57,078 nt of DNA from Candidatus Berkelbacteria bacterium (GTDB lineage Bacteria; Patescibacteriota; UBA1384; JACPKC01). The position numbers and the translations under genes are program-made. The DNA is taken from the NCBI GenBank assembly GCA_020429585.1, contig JAGQLE010000020.1, forward strand, positions 1 through 57,078. Reading direction: 5' to 3'. Of this stretch, positions 20,054 to 29,487 are shown piece by piece. The notes below the pieces were generated by a model. The model saw nothing but the letters and a program-made list of their open reading frames with translations. It was not told where the DNA came from and ran no database searches. How positions within the stretch are numbered: position 1 is the stretch's first letter; each line of letters starts with the position of its first letter.

Positions 20054-20434
20054 ATGGACTCAGTAGTTCATTTTGAAATTCCAGTTAATGACCCGGCGGG
20101 CGAGGGCGGTAAATTTTACCAAGAAGTCTTTGGCTGGAACACCGATCAATGGGGCGATATGCCATACTGGATGGCCGGAACTACAGAGGTAGATGAGCAA
20201 ACCAGAATGCCTAAAACTCCCGGGGCAATTAACGGCGGCATCATGGAAAAGGGCAAAATCGCTAATCCGGTTATAACTATTAATGTTGACGATATTGACG
20301 CCAAGGCAGAGATCATTAAAGAGCATGGCGGCGAAATGATCGGCGAAAAACAAAAAGTCGGCGAGATGGGCTGGGCCGCATACTTTAAAGACAACTCCGG
20401 CAATACGATGGGTCTTTGGCAAAGCACTAAGTAG
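20054..20434 (+). CDS. VOC/glyoxalase-family protein
   Basis: 126 aa, HFEIPVNDP...FYQEVFGW...GGEMIGEK..GW.AYFKD..GN..GLWQ. Confidence 0.7.
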   Translation: MDSVVHFEIPVNDPAGEGGKFYQEVFGWNTDQWGDMPYWMAGTTEVDEQTRMPKTPGAINGGIMEKGKIANPVITINVDDIDAKAEIIKEHGGEMIGEKQKVGEMGWAAYFKDNSGNTMGLWQSTK

Positions 20435-20440
20435 GCATAG

Positions 20441-21163
20441 TTGAAACCGCAAGTTATTGAGGAAACAAGGAATTGGGTGGCTATTAATAAGCCACCCAAT
20501 TTAGTTGTTCACGATGTTCCAGGCAATAAGCACGCCGGCTCAACTTTGGTAGATTGGTTGCGTCGACAAATTCCTGAAATCAATGATAATTTCGAATCAG
20601 CCGACGAGCGGCCTGGTATCGTACATCGCCTTGATGCCGACACCTCCGGAATCATCCTAGTCGCCAAAAATCCCAACTCACTCAAAGAACTACAAACGCA
20701 ATTTAAAGAGCGAACGACAATCAAAAAATACTGGGCGCTTGTCCTTGGGACTCCACCTGCTCAAGGCACGATAACCGGCGACATTGTCCGCAAAAGTTCC
20801 GACACAAAACACGAAATCAAAAGGCTAAGTTTTTCCTGGGATAAAAAAGCCGCTAAGATGGCCGAAACCAGCTATAAAGTTTTAAAGACTTATCAGTCGA
20901 ATTTTTCTCTTTTAGAAGTTCAGCCCAAGACAGGCCGAACCCATCAAATCAGAGTTCATCTAAGCGAAGAGGGGTGGCCAATTATCGGTGATCAGCTCTA
21001 TTGCAACAAAGAAAGCCGCCAAGCTTCGGCTGAACTTGATCTTAAGCGGCAGTTTCTCCATGCTAAAAAACTTGAATTCAACGATCCGGAAAGCAAGGAG
21101 AGGATTACTATCCAAGCCCAACTTGCACCAGATCTAGAGCAAATTCTTAAACGGCTAGAATAA
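20441..21163 (+). CDS. RluA-family pseudouridine synthase (no S4 domain)
   Basis: HRLDADTSGIILVAK and GRTHQIRVH. TTG start. Confidence 0.85.
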   Translation: MKPQVIEETRNWVAINKPPNLVVHDVPGNKHAGSTLVDWLRRQIPEINDNFESADERPGIVHRLDADTSGIILVAKNPNSLKELQTQFKERTTIKKYWALVLGTPPAQGTITGDIVRKSSDTKHEIKRLSFSWDKKAAKMAETSYKVLKTYQSNFSLLEVQPKTGRTHQIRVHLSEEGWPIIGDQLYCNKESRQASAELDLKRQFLHAKKLEFNDPESKERITIQAQLAPDLEQILKRLE

Positions 21164-21215
21164 GTGGCGTTACTACTTTGGCCGTATATCTTGTATTCTT
21201 TATAGATGGAGGATT

Positions 21216-22472
21216 ATGAGTACTAAACAAATTTGGATCTTTGTCGGTCTACTTGTTGCCCTTGGGGTTGGCTACGTCAGCTACTTCTTTTGGCAGAATC
21301 TCCGTGGCATCAAGCCGGCAATTACACCAGCCAACCAGGACATAGCGGAGATAATCGAAGACCAGACCAAGCAAGAGCTGATTGGCGGCCCTAATCAGGT
21401 ACCTTTCCCTTTAACCCTACCTGATAACTTTAGGATTTCGGTTTTTGCCGAAAACTTCGAAAAGCCACGCGTTCTCAAAAAAGACCCGGCTGGAGTCTTA
21501 TTAGTCTCTGACTCCGAAGCCGGCCAAATAATTGCCTTGCCAGACAGCAACCAAGACCTTGTAGCTGACGCCCATCAAGTTGTAATCGACAATCTTGATC
21601 AACCCCATGGAATCGAATTTCTTCATTTCGACGATGGCTATAAGATGTACATTGCTACAATTAACGCCATTACTAGCTACGACTACGATGAAGGCCATCA
21701 GAACGCCACCAACCCGGTCAAAATTGTCGACTTGCCAAAAGACGGGCTACATACAACTCGCACGCTTTCTAAAACTAATATCAACGGTGAGCAAAAACTA
21801 TTAGTTTCGATTGGCTCTAGCTGTAATATATGCAATGAAACTGATTCTCGCCACGCCGCAATTATGATTTTGAATCCGGATGGCAGTCAATTCGAAACTT
21901 ACGCAACTGGACTTAGAAACTCAGTCTTTCTAACAACTCGCGACGGCACTAACGAGATTTGGGCAACCGAGAATGGCCGTGATCTTCTTGGTGATGATTT
22001 GCCACCCGATGAGATTAATATTATTGAAGGTGGTAGTAACTACGGTTGGCCGCTTTGCTATGGTCAAAACATTCATGATACCAATTTTAGTCACGATCCA
22101 ACTGATCCTTGTTCTACCGGGGCGACAGTCGCTTCGCACATAGATTTACAAGCCCACTCGGCGCCATTAGGTTTAGATTTCTTCCCGGCAGGTGGAGTTT
22201 GGCCGGATGATTTGGTTGGTGATCTCCTGGTTGCCTATCATGGTTCCTGGAACAGATCCGAACCGACCGGTTACAAAATAGTTAGGTTCAACCTGGATAA
22301 ACTTGGTCAAGAAAAAAGCCGGACCGACTTTATTACTGGCTGGCTTCAACCGGACAACAACTCTCTTGGTCGGCCAGTCGATATTCTTATCGAGCCGAAT
22401 GGCAATATTTATATCAGTGACGATAAACAAGGCGTCGGTTTGATTTATCTACTCCAATATACAAACATCTAG
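21216..22472 (+). CDS. membrane-anchored PQQ-dependent sugar (glucose/sorbosone) dehydrogenase-like beta-propeller
   Basis: N-terminal TM helix. Contains NYGWP, GRPVD and other soluble aldose dehydrogenase-like segments. Confidence 0.7.
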   Translation: MSTKQIWIFVGLLVALGVGYVSYFFWQNLRGIKPAITPANQDIAEIIEDQTKQELIGGPNQVPFPLTLPDNFRISVFAENFEKPRVLKKDPAGVLLVSDSEAGQIIALPDSNQDLVADAHQVVIDNLDQPHGIEFLHFDDGYKMYIATINAITSYDYDEGHQNATNPVKIVDLPKDGLHTTRTLSKTNINGEQKLLVSIGSSCNICNETDSRHAAIMILNPDGSQFETYATGLRNSVFLTTRDGTNEIWATENGRDLLGDDLPPDEINIIEGGSNYGWPLCYGQNIHDTNFSHDPTDPCSTGATVASHIDLQAHSAPLGLDFFPAGGVWPDDLVGDLLVAYHGSWNRSEPTGYKIVRFNLDKLGQEKSRTDFITGWLQPDNNSLGRPVDILIEPNGNIYISDDKQGVGLIYLLQYTNI

Positions 22473-22474
22473 CC

Positions 22475-23044
22475 ATGAAACCATTCCCCGTTATCATTGC
22501 AGGGCCAAGTGGCGTCGGCAAAAGCACAATAATCCGATCAATTATTACTGAGATTCCGGAACTCAAACCATTTAAAACCATTACGACCCGGCCGCGACGC
22601 TCAAACCAAGAAGACCGATACAGCTTTATCAATGTCGACCAGTTTCAAGGCTTAATTGAAAAAGGCGAGCTAATTGAATGGGCCGAAGTCCACGGAAATT
22701 TTTATGGCGGTTTGAAAAAGGATGTTTTGGAAATACTCAATCTGGGCAAGTTTCCAATACCGATCAATGCGGTCGATGTTCAGGGAGTCAAAACCTATCG
22801 GCAAGCTTTTCCTAATCTTTTATCAATTTTTATCTCGTACGGATCACTAGATGAATTGCCCGATAGAATTAGAGCGACCCGTCCAGACGCAACCGAAGAG
22901 GATATTCGAACCAGAATGATCAGTGCTCAAAAAGAAATGGAAGCAGCAAAAGATTTTGATTTTGTCGTGGCAAACCCCGAGGGACAACTCAAGCAAACCC
23001 TTGCGAAGGTTAGAGATATTATCAAAAAAAGAATAAGAGGTTAA
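22475..23044 (+). CDS. gmk: guanylate kinase
   Basis: GPSGVGKST P-loop and TTRPRR. Confidence 0.85.
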   Translation: MKPFPVIIAGPSGVGKSTIIRSIITEIPELKPFKTITTRPRRSNQEDRYSFINVDQFQGLIEKGELIEWAEVHGNFYGGLKKDVLEILNLGKFPIPINAVDVQGVKTYRQAFPNLLSIFISYGSLDELPDRIRATRPDATEEDIRTRMISAQKEMEAAKDFDFVVANPEGQLKQTLAKVRDIIKKRIRG

Positions 23045-24112
23045 ATGAACTACGTTATCTTAGCTGGTGGTTCAGGAACCCGGCTGTGGCCAATTAGCCG
23101 CAACAGTAAACCCAAGCAGCTTTCGCAACTAGTTGGCGATTTGAGCATGATCGAAGAAACTTACCATCGATTAGGTAAAAACCAATCAGTCTTTATTTCG
23201 ACCAATAGTCAATTCGCCCCGCTGATCAAAAAACTCCTACCCGACATACCAGCTGAAAATTACATCATTGAGCCAGACAAGCGGGACACTGGACCAGCAA
23301 TGGCTTTTGTCGCTGCCTGGATGAGTCTCAAACATCCTAATAATCCAATGATTCTCTTGCCCTCCGATCACCACATTCGCGACAAGCGGACTTTTATGGA
23401 GGTTATAGAAGCAGCTGAAAATTTGATCAATAGTCGACAAGTCCTGATTAACATCGGTATCCAGCCAACATTTCCCAATACCAGCCTGGGCTACTTGGAA
23501 GTAGGGGAAGAGATTTCTAAAGAGGCTGGAGTTCATGTCTATGAATTTAAGCGCCAAAAAGAAAAACCTGATTATAAAACAGCTAAAAAATTCTTAGATC
23601 AGGGTAACTTTTTTTGGAATGTTGGTTCATTTGCCTGGACTCCAAATAAATTCATTGAAGCCTACAAAAAATTTGCACCAGTTATCGGCGATCATCTTAA
23701 CGAACTCATTCATGACCTAGAAAGTGGGGGAGATGGCTCGGAAGCCTTTTCCAGGATGGAGAAGGTCTCTATCGACTATGCTGTCATTGAAAAGATTGAT
23801 CCCCGCCAGGTCTTAACAATCAGGGGCGATTTTGGCTGGGCGGATTTAGGCAGCTGGGATCAGCTTTTCGACCAACTAGCTGATAAAGCAGATGCCGAGG
23901 GCAACCTTGTTAAAGCCAATTGGCATGGCGTTGATACTAGAAATACTCTAATTTACGGCCCGGCCGATAAAATTATTACCACCTTGGGCGTATCGGACTT
24001 AGTCATCGTCGACTCCGACGATGCGTTATTAGTTACGCCAATGTCGCGAGCTAAGGATGTCAAAAAAATTGTTGAGCTTTTAAGCTACAAGAAACTACAA
24101 CAACATCTATAA
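23045..24112 (+). CDS. mannose-1-phosphate guanylyltransferase-like nucleotidyltransferase
   Basis: ILAGGSGTRLWPISR and DYAVIEK. Confidence 0.85.
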   Translation: MNYVILAGGSGTRLWPISRNSKPKQLSQLVGDLSMIEETYHRLGKNQSVFISTNSQFAPLIKKLLPDIPAENYIIEPDKRDTGPAMAFVAAWMSLKHPNNPMILLPSDHHIRDKRTFMEVIEAAENLINSRQVLINIGIQPTFPNTSLGYLEVGEEISKEAGVHVYEFKRQKEKPDYKTAKKFLDQGNFFWNVGSFAWTPNKFIEAYKKFAPVIGDHLNELIHDLESGGDGSEAFSRMEKVSIDYAVIEKIDPRQVLTIRGDFGWADLGSWDQLFDQLADKADAEGNLVKANWHGVDTRNTLIYGPADKIITTLGVSDLVIVDSDDALLVTPMSRAKDVKKIVELLSYKKLQQHL

Positions 24113-24171
24113 GCGGCTCTATGAACAAGTTTTTCTTGACTAAAAGCTGTTATTAGGCAATTGTACTCTAT

Positions 24172-25446
24172 ATGAGAAGAAACTGGTGGACATTATTAGT
24201 AATACTTGCCATTGCCGCTTTGGCTGGCATGGCGGCCTGGCCTCAAGACGTAGGCTTTGTTAAAAATATCCGACTTCACCCTGGACTCGACCTACAAGGC
24301 GGCGCCCAGTTAGTCTACGAACTCGACACAAGCGAAATCGAAGCAGATGCTGTCGAAGATGCGACCGACGGAGTCCGCAATGTCATTGAAAACAGAATTA
24401 ATGCCCTCGGGGTAGCGGAGCCGGTAATCCAAGCCAGCAGAGTAGGGGACAAGGATGCGATCATTGTCGAATTGCCTGGCGTCCAAGACGTTGAAGAAGC
24501 CAAAAATCTAATTGGCCGCACCGCTGAATTGACTTTTTGGCGCCCGATTAGAGAAGACGAAGAATCAGTAGATAATCCTTTTCTCCCTGATTTTGTACCT
24601 TCTGATTTAACTGGCGCAGATTTAAAACGCGCCCAGGTTGTTTTTGACCAAAATAACGGCGTCGGAGTTACTAATCAGGCCCAAGTTCAACTTGAATTTA
24701 ACAACGAAGGTAAAGATAAATTCAAATCTCTAACAGAAGAATATCTTGGCCAACAATTAGCAATTGTATTGGATGAAATTCCAGTATCTGCGCCAGTTAT
24801 TCAGGCAGTTATTCCCGATGGTACCGCAGTGATTTCGGGTAATTTTGACCTCGAGAGCGCTAAACAGCTTTCCATCCAGCTCAATGCCGGAGCCCTGCCC
24901 GTCCCAGTACAACTAACCGAAGAGCGGACGATTGGTCCTTCACTAGGCGAGCAATCGGTTCAAAGCAGCCTTATCGCAGGCCTACTCGGCTTAATCCTAG
25001 TAGCGGCTTATATGATTGGTTACTACCGTTTAGCTGGCTTATTGGCGACACTAGCACTCGCAATTTATACTCTGATCTCCTTGGCTATATTCGAATTGAT
25101 TCCTATAACCTTAACGCTTGCAGGCATTGCTGGTTTTATTCTTTCAATTGGTATGGCAGTTGACGCAAATATTCTGATCTTTGAGCGGATGAAAGAAGAG
25201 CAACGACTAGGTAAGCCAATTAACATTGCGATCGACGAGGGTTTTCGCCGGGCCTGGTCCAGTATTTGGGATTCTAATGTCTCATCTCTAATTACGGCGG
25301 CGATTCTTTACTACTCTGCAACCGGCCTAGTTAGGGGTTTCGCCGTCACCTTAGCAATTGGTATCTTGGTTTCAATGTTTACCGCCGTCACAATTAGTAA
25401 GACCTTCCTAAAATTTGCCCTTAAACCGAAAAGAGGGGAGTTGTAA
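24172..25446 (+). CDS. secD: protein translocase subunit SecD
   Basis: GLDLQGG, a periplasmic domain and a C-terminal 6-TM block containing DANILIFERMKEE. Confidence 0.9.
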   Translation: MRRNWWTLLVILAIAALAGMAAWPQDVGFVKNIRLHPGLDLQGGAQLVYELDTSEIEADAVEDATDGVRNVIENRINALGVAEPVIQASRVGDKDAIIVELPGVQDVEEAKNLIGRTAELTFWRPIREDEESVDNPFLPDFVPSDLTGADLKRAQVVFDQNNGVGVTNQAQVQLEFNNEGKDKFKSLTEEYLGQQLAIVLDEIPVSAPVIQAVIPDGTAVISGNFDLESAKQLSIQLNAGALPVPVQLTEERTIGPSLGEQSVQSSLIAGLLGLILVAAYMIGYYRLAGLLATLALAIYTLISLAIFELIPITLTLAGIAGFILSIGMAVDANILIFERMKEEQRLGKPINIAIDEGFRRAWSSIWDSNVSSLITAAILYYSATGLVRGFAVTLAIGILVSMFTAVTISKTFLKFALKPKRGEL

Positions 25447-26348
25447 TGAAGTTTTTAACCTGGCAAAAACTCTGGTTCAGTCTCTCAATATTCTTGATCT
25501 GTTTGGCGATTGCCAGTCTCGTCAGCTGGGGGCTAAGAGTAGGAATCGACTTTAGCGGCGGCCAACTCCTAGAGGCTCAATTTGCCGATCAAACTGACAT
25601 AAATCAAGTTAGAGAAATCTTAGATGATGCTAATAGCCAAGAGATAATTCCAAATTACAGCATCTCCAAGACTGATTCCGATAGCTTTTTAGTTAGGATT
25701 TCCGCCAACGAAGAAGAACTCAGTAGCTTACGGACCAGTCTTAACGAGGTAGGGGAGTGGCAAGAAATTCGCTTTGAGAATGTTGGCCCGACAGTTGGAA
25801 AAGACCTGACCCGCAAAGCGGTTATCGGGGTCGTCATGGCCTCAATTGCGATAATTCTTTATATTTCTTGGGCGTTTAGACAGGTCCCACCGCCAACTAA
25901 TTCTTGGCAATTTGGCATCACTGCAATTATCGCCCTAATCCATGACCTAATTATCACCATTGGAGCCTTTTCTGCCCTTGGTCACTTTCTTGGATACGAA
26001 GTAGATTCTCTATTTATAACGGCCCTACTAACCGTCTTAGGCTTTTCGGTTCACGATACGATTGTTACTTACGATCGAATTCGAGAAAATCTACTACTAA
26101 ACCAGGGCAAGCTCGATTTCGCTGAAATCGTAAATAACTCCGTTTCTCAAACCATTGTGAGATCTATAAATACATCGCTAACTCTGATCCTTGTACTATT
26201 GTCGCTAGTTCTTTTAGGCGGTAGCTCTATCAGACCTTTCATAAGTGCTTTGCTAGTGGGCGTAACCATCGGAACATACAGTTCTATCTTTATTGCTGCC
26301 CAATTATTGATTTTATGGCAATCCAAGTCTAAAAAAGCTATTAAGTAG
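25446..26348 (+). CDS. secF: protein translocase subunit SecF
   Basis: GIDFSGG and HDTIVTYDRIREN. 1-nt overlap with secD. Confidence 0.9.
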   Translation: MKFLTWQKLWFSLSIFLICLAIASLVSWGLRVGIDFSGGQLLEAQFADQTDINQVREILDDANSQEIIPNYSISKTDSDSFLVRISANEEELSSLRTSLNEVGEWQEIRFENVGPTVGKDLTRKAVIGVVMASIAIILYISWAFRQVPPPTNSWQFGITAIIALIHDLIITIGAFSALGHFLGYEVDSLFITALLTVLGFSVHDTIVTYDRIRENLLLNQGKLDFAEIVNNSVSQTIVRSINTSLTLILVLLSLVLLGGSSIRPFISALLVGVTIGTYSSIFIAAQLLILWQSKSKKAIK

Positions 26349-26489
26349 ATACAAATACTCAAAGAACAAAGTAAAGCGTCTTAGAATCGATTCTAGAGCC
26401 TTTAAACCTGTTAATCTACTTAATCTACCTGAGAAAGACTGATCGGATTGAAGATTTAGGAAGATAGGAAGATTGGTATTAAATACAAC

Positions 26490-26513
26490 GTCGCACAATG
26501 TAAGTTGTGCGAC
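26490..26513. other. perfect 9-bp hairpin in the convergent spacer
   Basis: GTCGCACAA tgtaag TTGTGCGAC. There is no clean U-run on either strand. Confidence 0.5.
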
Positions 26514-26647
26514 ATAGATGATTCTTGATTTTAACTCTCGTGGTTTTTAAGATGCACAAGGCCAGATAAATCATCGCGTTATTTTTTTACTACTAGTATT
26601 TTTTTATAAATAACAGCAGCGGCAACTCCATCCAACCAACCAATTTC

Positions 26648-26687
26648 CCCCACCTTCAGGTAGGAGAGAGTCAGGGGAGAGGTGGGG
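26648..26687. other. GC-rich hairpin element downstream of the 923-aa ATPase gene
   Basis: CCCCACCT ... AGGTGGGG 8-bp stem around a 24-nt loop containing two TCAGG copies. Confidence 0.45.
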
Positions 26688-26715
26688 CAGAGCTTACAGG
26701 AGTAGAAGGGAATCT

Positions 26716-29487
26716 CTAATTGAGAGAAATCTCATCGCCTGAATCGAACCAACTAACGTCTTTTTTTGTTTTTTTATCAGTTGGTTTATTTAAATTATTT
26801 AAGGAGAAAGATTTATTCACGGCTGGCCTCGATTTACCTTCTTTACTTTCCGGTCTCCCCCGACCTTGTCCCCTGCCAGAGTTACCAACTCCACTCCCCT
26901 GCTTATTTTTTAACTTTTTTGAGGCATTAACTATAAAATCAGGTAAATCGGTTTTTGGTTGCGACGGTGTAGATCCAGCACCCTCTTTTTGCAACCCTTG
27001 TACTCTCCCCTGCTCCTTATCCATTGGCTCGTCGATAGATTTGCGCCACTCCTGGGCCTGCTTAAGTTGAGCGTCCTCAGTCCAATCTTTGATCTTTTTT
27101 TCAACTAATTCCCTCGGTTTTGCATACCTTTCTCTAGAAACAGCGATTATCTTTTCGATATTACCCGTTGGCTCACTCTGAGGCGGTAAAGTAACTGCTG
27201 AAAAGGCTGGTCGTGTTACACCATCGATCGCCATCTTGGTATAAATATGATGATTAGCCAAATTAACAAGATCATTAGCGGCAAAAACTGGCTCAAATTC
27301 CCTAACTAAACCGCTAGCATCACCCGGACCAACTCGAAAGCTAACGATTGTTCCGACGTTTCCAAAGATCGCGGCCGCAACTGTCTCGGGCATTTGGGCA
27401 ATATATTGATTAATCAAGGTCAAGTTTAAGTGATACTTGCGAGCCTCAGACAAAATGACTGCAAAAGAATCAGTTGCAAAGTTCTGAAACTCGTCTACGT
27501 ACAAATAAAAATCACGGCGTTCCGACTCGGCCACGTCAGCCCGCTGCATCGCCGTGAGCTGAATTTGTGTAATTAACAGCGCACCAAGTAAAGCCGAGCT
27601 ATCTTCACCTATTTTTCCAATCGACAGATCAACCAAAAAAATCTTTCCGTCATCCATTATCCTTCTAATGTCAATCGAACTCTGGGGCTGCCCCACAATA
27701 TTTCGAATCGTTGAGGCCGACAAAAACTGACCAACCTTGTTTTGAATGGGAGCAATCGCCTCCGTCCTAAACTTCGGTGTATATTGCTCGAACTCATTTG
27801 CAAAGTAATCCTTTATAACTGGATCTTGAACTTTAGCCACCACCCGCTTGCGAAAATTTTTATCTGTTAAGAGTCGGTTGATACCTAATAGGGTCGAACC
27901 TGGATACTCCAATAGGGCCAAAATTGTATTGCGCAAAATATACTCAAGACGAGGGCCCCAAGATTCTGCAAATAACTTCTTGAAAATGCCGACTACACCT
28001 GATGCGGCCACGTTTCTTAAATCTGGACTCACGCTTTCTAAAACGTTAAAACCTACCGGAAACTCTCGATCAGCTGGATTAAAATAAAGTACATCATTGA
28101 TTCGATGGGAAGGAATCTGCTCTAAAACATCACGAACTAATTGACCGTGGGGATCTACAACTGCAACACCTTTGCCTTTATAAATATCGTCGATGATCAT
28201 ATTCTGCATTAAAGTAGATTTACCCGTTCCGGTTTTGCCTAAAATATACATGTGCAACCGACGATCAATCGATTTTATCCCGAATTTATGGCGAAAATTA
28301 CGAAAATCGGTTTTGCCAAAATAAGTAACTTCGTTTTCCTCAACCTGACCTTCAAGTGGTAAATTCGACGGTGGCTCACCTTTTTTACTACCTGCCCAAG
28401 CCATATTAGGAGTTTCTACTGAGGCGGCTGGCAAATGGTAAATCGAGGCCAATTCTTCGGTATTTAAAATCAGACTTTGTCCGTAAAATTCCCGATTTTG
28501 ATACAGACTAAGTAGGTTTGATTTTTCAGGAGCAATCTCTGCCCTAAAGCCATTCATATTCGTTGTGTTAAACTGCTTGAAAGCCCCGCTTAAAGACTCA
28601 ATCTTATTGCGAGCTGTATAAGGATCACCTGCTACCGAAATAATCCTAATCTTTGTCTCAAAACCTAATTTAGTAATTTTTTCTTCGATCGCTTTTAGAG
28701 CCTGTTCCTCTGGACTCGATAGTCTAACCTCGTCTTCAGAGCTGGCTGGCGAAGACTCCCCGCCCTCATCGGCACTGCCGCCACCTGGAAAGAATATTCC
28801 CTTTAGGGCTTCTCCGATCAATGAAGTAAAGGCGGAAACTAAGCTACTAAGGAAAGGCTTGTCGTCGCCTGGCAATCGCTTTTTACTAACAAACTCTATC
28901 CCCTTTTCCTGCCAGCTTTCGGCCATGGGCTTTATGATCATTTGAAACCATAACTGATCAGTACCACCGACACTACCAAAGACTCCTGTGATCGCCGACA
29001 AAGGGTCAACTTCAAAGTTAGGAAAGGTTTTAATTGGATAATAGGGATCCTTAGTAAGAGTCAGCTCACCGGCTGCCACCGCCTGTCCAGCTAACTCAAT
29101 CCGACTATAATCTTCCACCTCGACAACCTCAATCGAGGGGTACTGGGCATAAATCTGACCCTCAACAAACTCTTTTAGGTACTTAGGAGTGTGAACATAA
29201 AAATGAATAAAGGTATTGTGGACCGCCATCTCAAAACTGACTTGATCCTGAAATAGCTGCTCGTCCCTAAAGATACCGTGCAAAGATGCAAAAAGTTGTT
29301 CAGCTGACAATGGCGTCTTCTCGTTGAGCTTAGGAGGTAAGATTTTCAGAACAACGACTTCCTGATCAGCGAGCCAAACCATGTAAGCATCATGTCGTCT
29401 TTTTTCTAAAATATTTAAAATGTAACGTCGTAAAAACCAGCCGCCAACCCCAGCAGCAACCAACAAAAACAAAATCAGGATAATCAT
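26716..29487 (-). CDS. membrane-anchored FtsK/HerA-superfamily P-loop ATPase (VirD4/TraD/DUF87-like), paralogue 2, with basic low-complexity C-terminal tail
   Basis: N-terminal TM helix. Walker A LGKTGTGKST (28216..28239), Walker B DFYLYVDEFQNF, and ILSEARKYHLNL. About 125 aa of K/R/G-rich tail. Confidence 0.7.
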   Translation of the reverse strand: MIILILFLLVAAGVGGWFLRRYILNILEKRRHDAYMVWLADQEVVVLKILPPKLNEKTPLSAEQLFASLHGIFRDEQLFQDQVSFEMAVHNTFIHFYVHTPKYLKEFVEGQIYAQYPSIEVVEVEDYSRIELAGQAVAAGELTLTKDPYYPIKTFPNFEVDPLSAITGVFGSVGGTDQLWFQMIIKPMAESWQEKGIEFVSKKRLPGDDKPFLSSLVSAFTSLIGEALKGIFFPGGGSADEGGESSPASSEDEVRLSSPEEQALKAIEEKITKLGFETKIRIISVAGDPYTARNKIESLSGAFKQFNTTNMNGFRAEIAPEKSNLLSLYQNREFYGQSLILNTEELASIYHLPAASVETPNMAWAGSKKGEPPSNLPLEGQVEENEVTYFGKTDFRNFRHKFGIKSIDRRLHMYILGKTGTGKSTLMQNMIIDDIYKGKGVAVVDPHGQLVRDVLEQIPSHRINDVLYFNPADREFPVGFNVLESVSPDLRNVAASGVVGIFKKLFAESWGPRLEYILRNTILALLEYPGSTLLGINRLLTDKNFRKRVVAKVQDPVIKDYFANEFEQYTPKFRTEAIAPIQNKVGQFLSASTIRNIVGQPQSSIDIRRIMDDGKIFLVDLSIGKIGEDSSALLGALLITQIQLTAMQRADVAESERRDFYLYVDEFQNFATDSFAVILSEARKYHLNLTLINQYIAQMPETVAAAIFGNVGTIVSFRVGPGDASGLVREFEPVFAANDLVNLANHHIYTKMAIDGVTRPAFSAVTLPPQSEPTGNIEKIIAVSRERYAKPRELVEKKIKDWTEDAQLKQAQEWRKSIDEPMDKEQGRVQGLQKEGAGSTPSQPKTDLPDFIVNASKKLKNKQGSGVGNSGRGQGRGRPESKEGKSRPAVNKSFSLNNLNKPTDKKTKKDVSWFDSGDEISLN

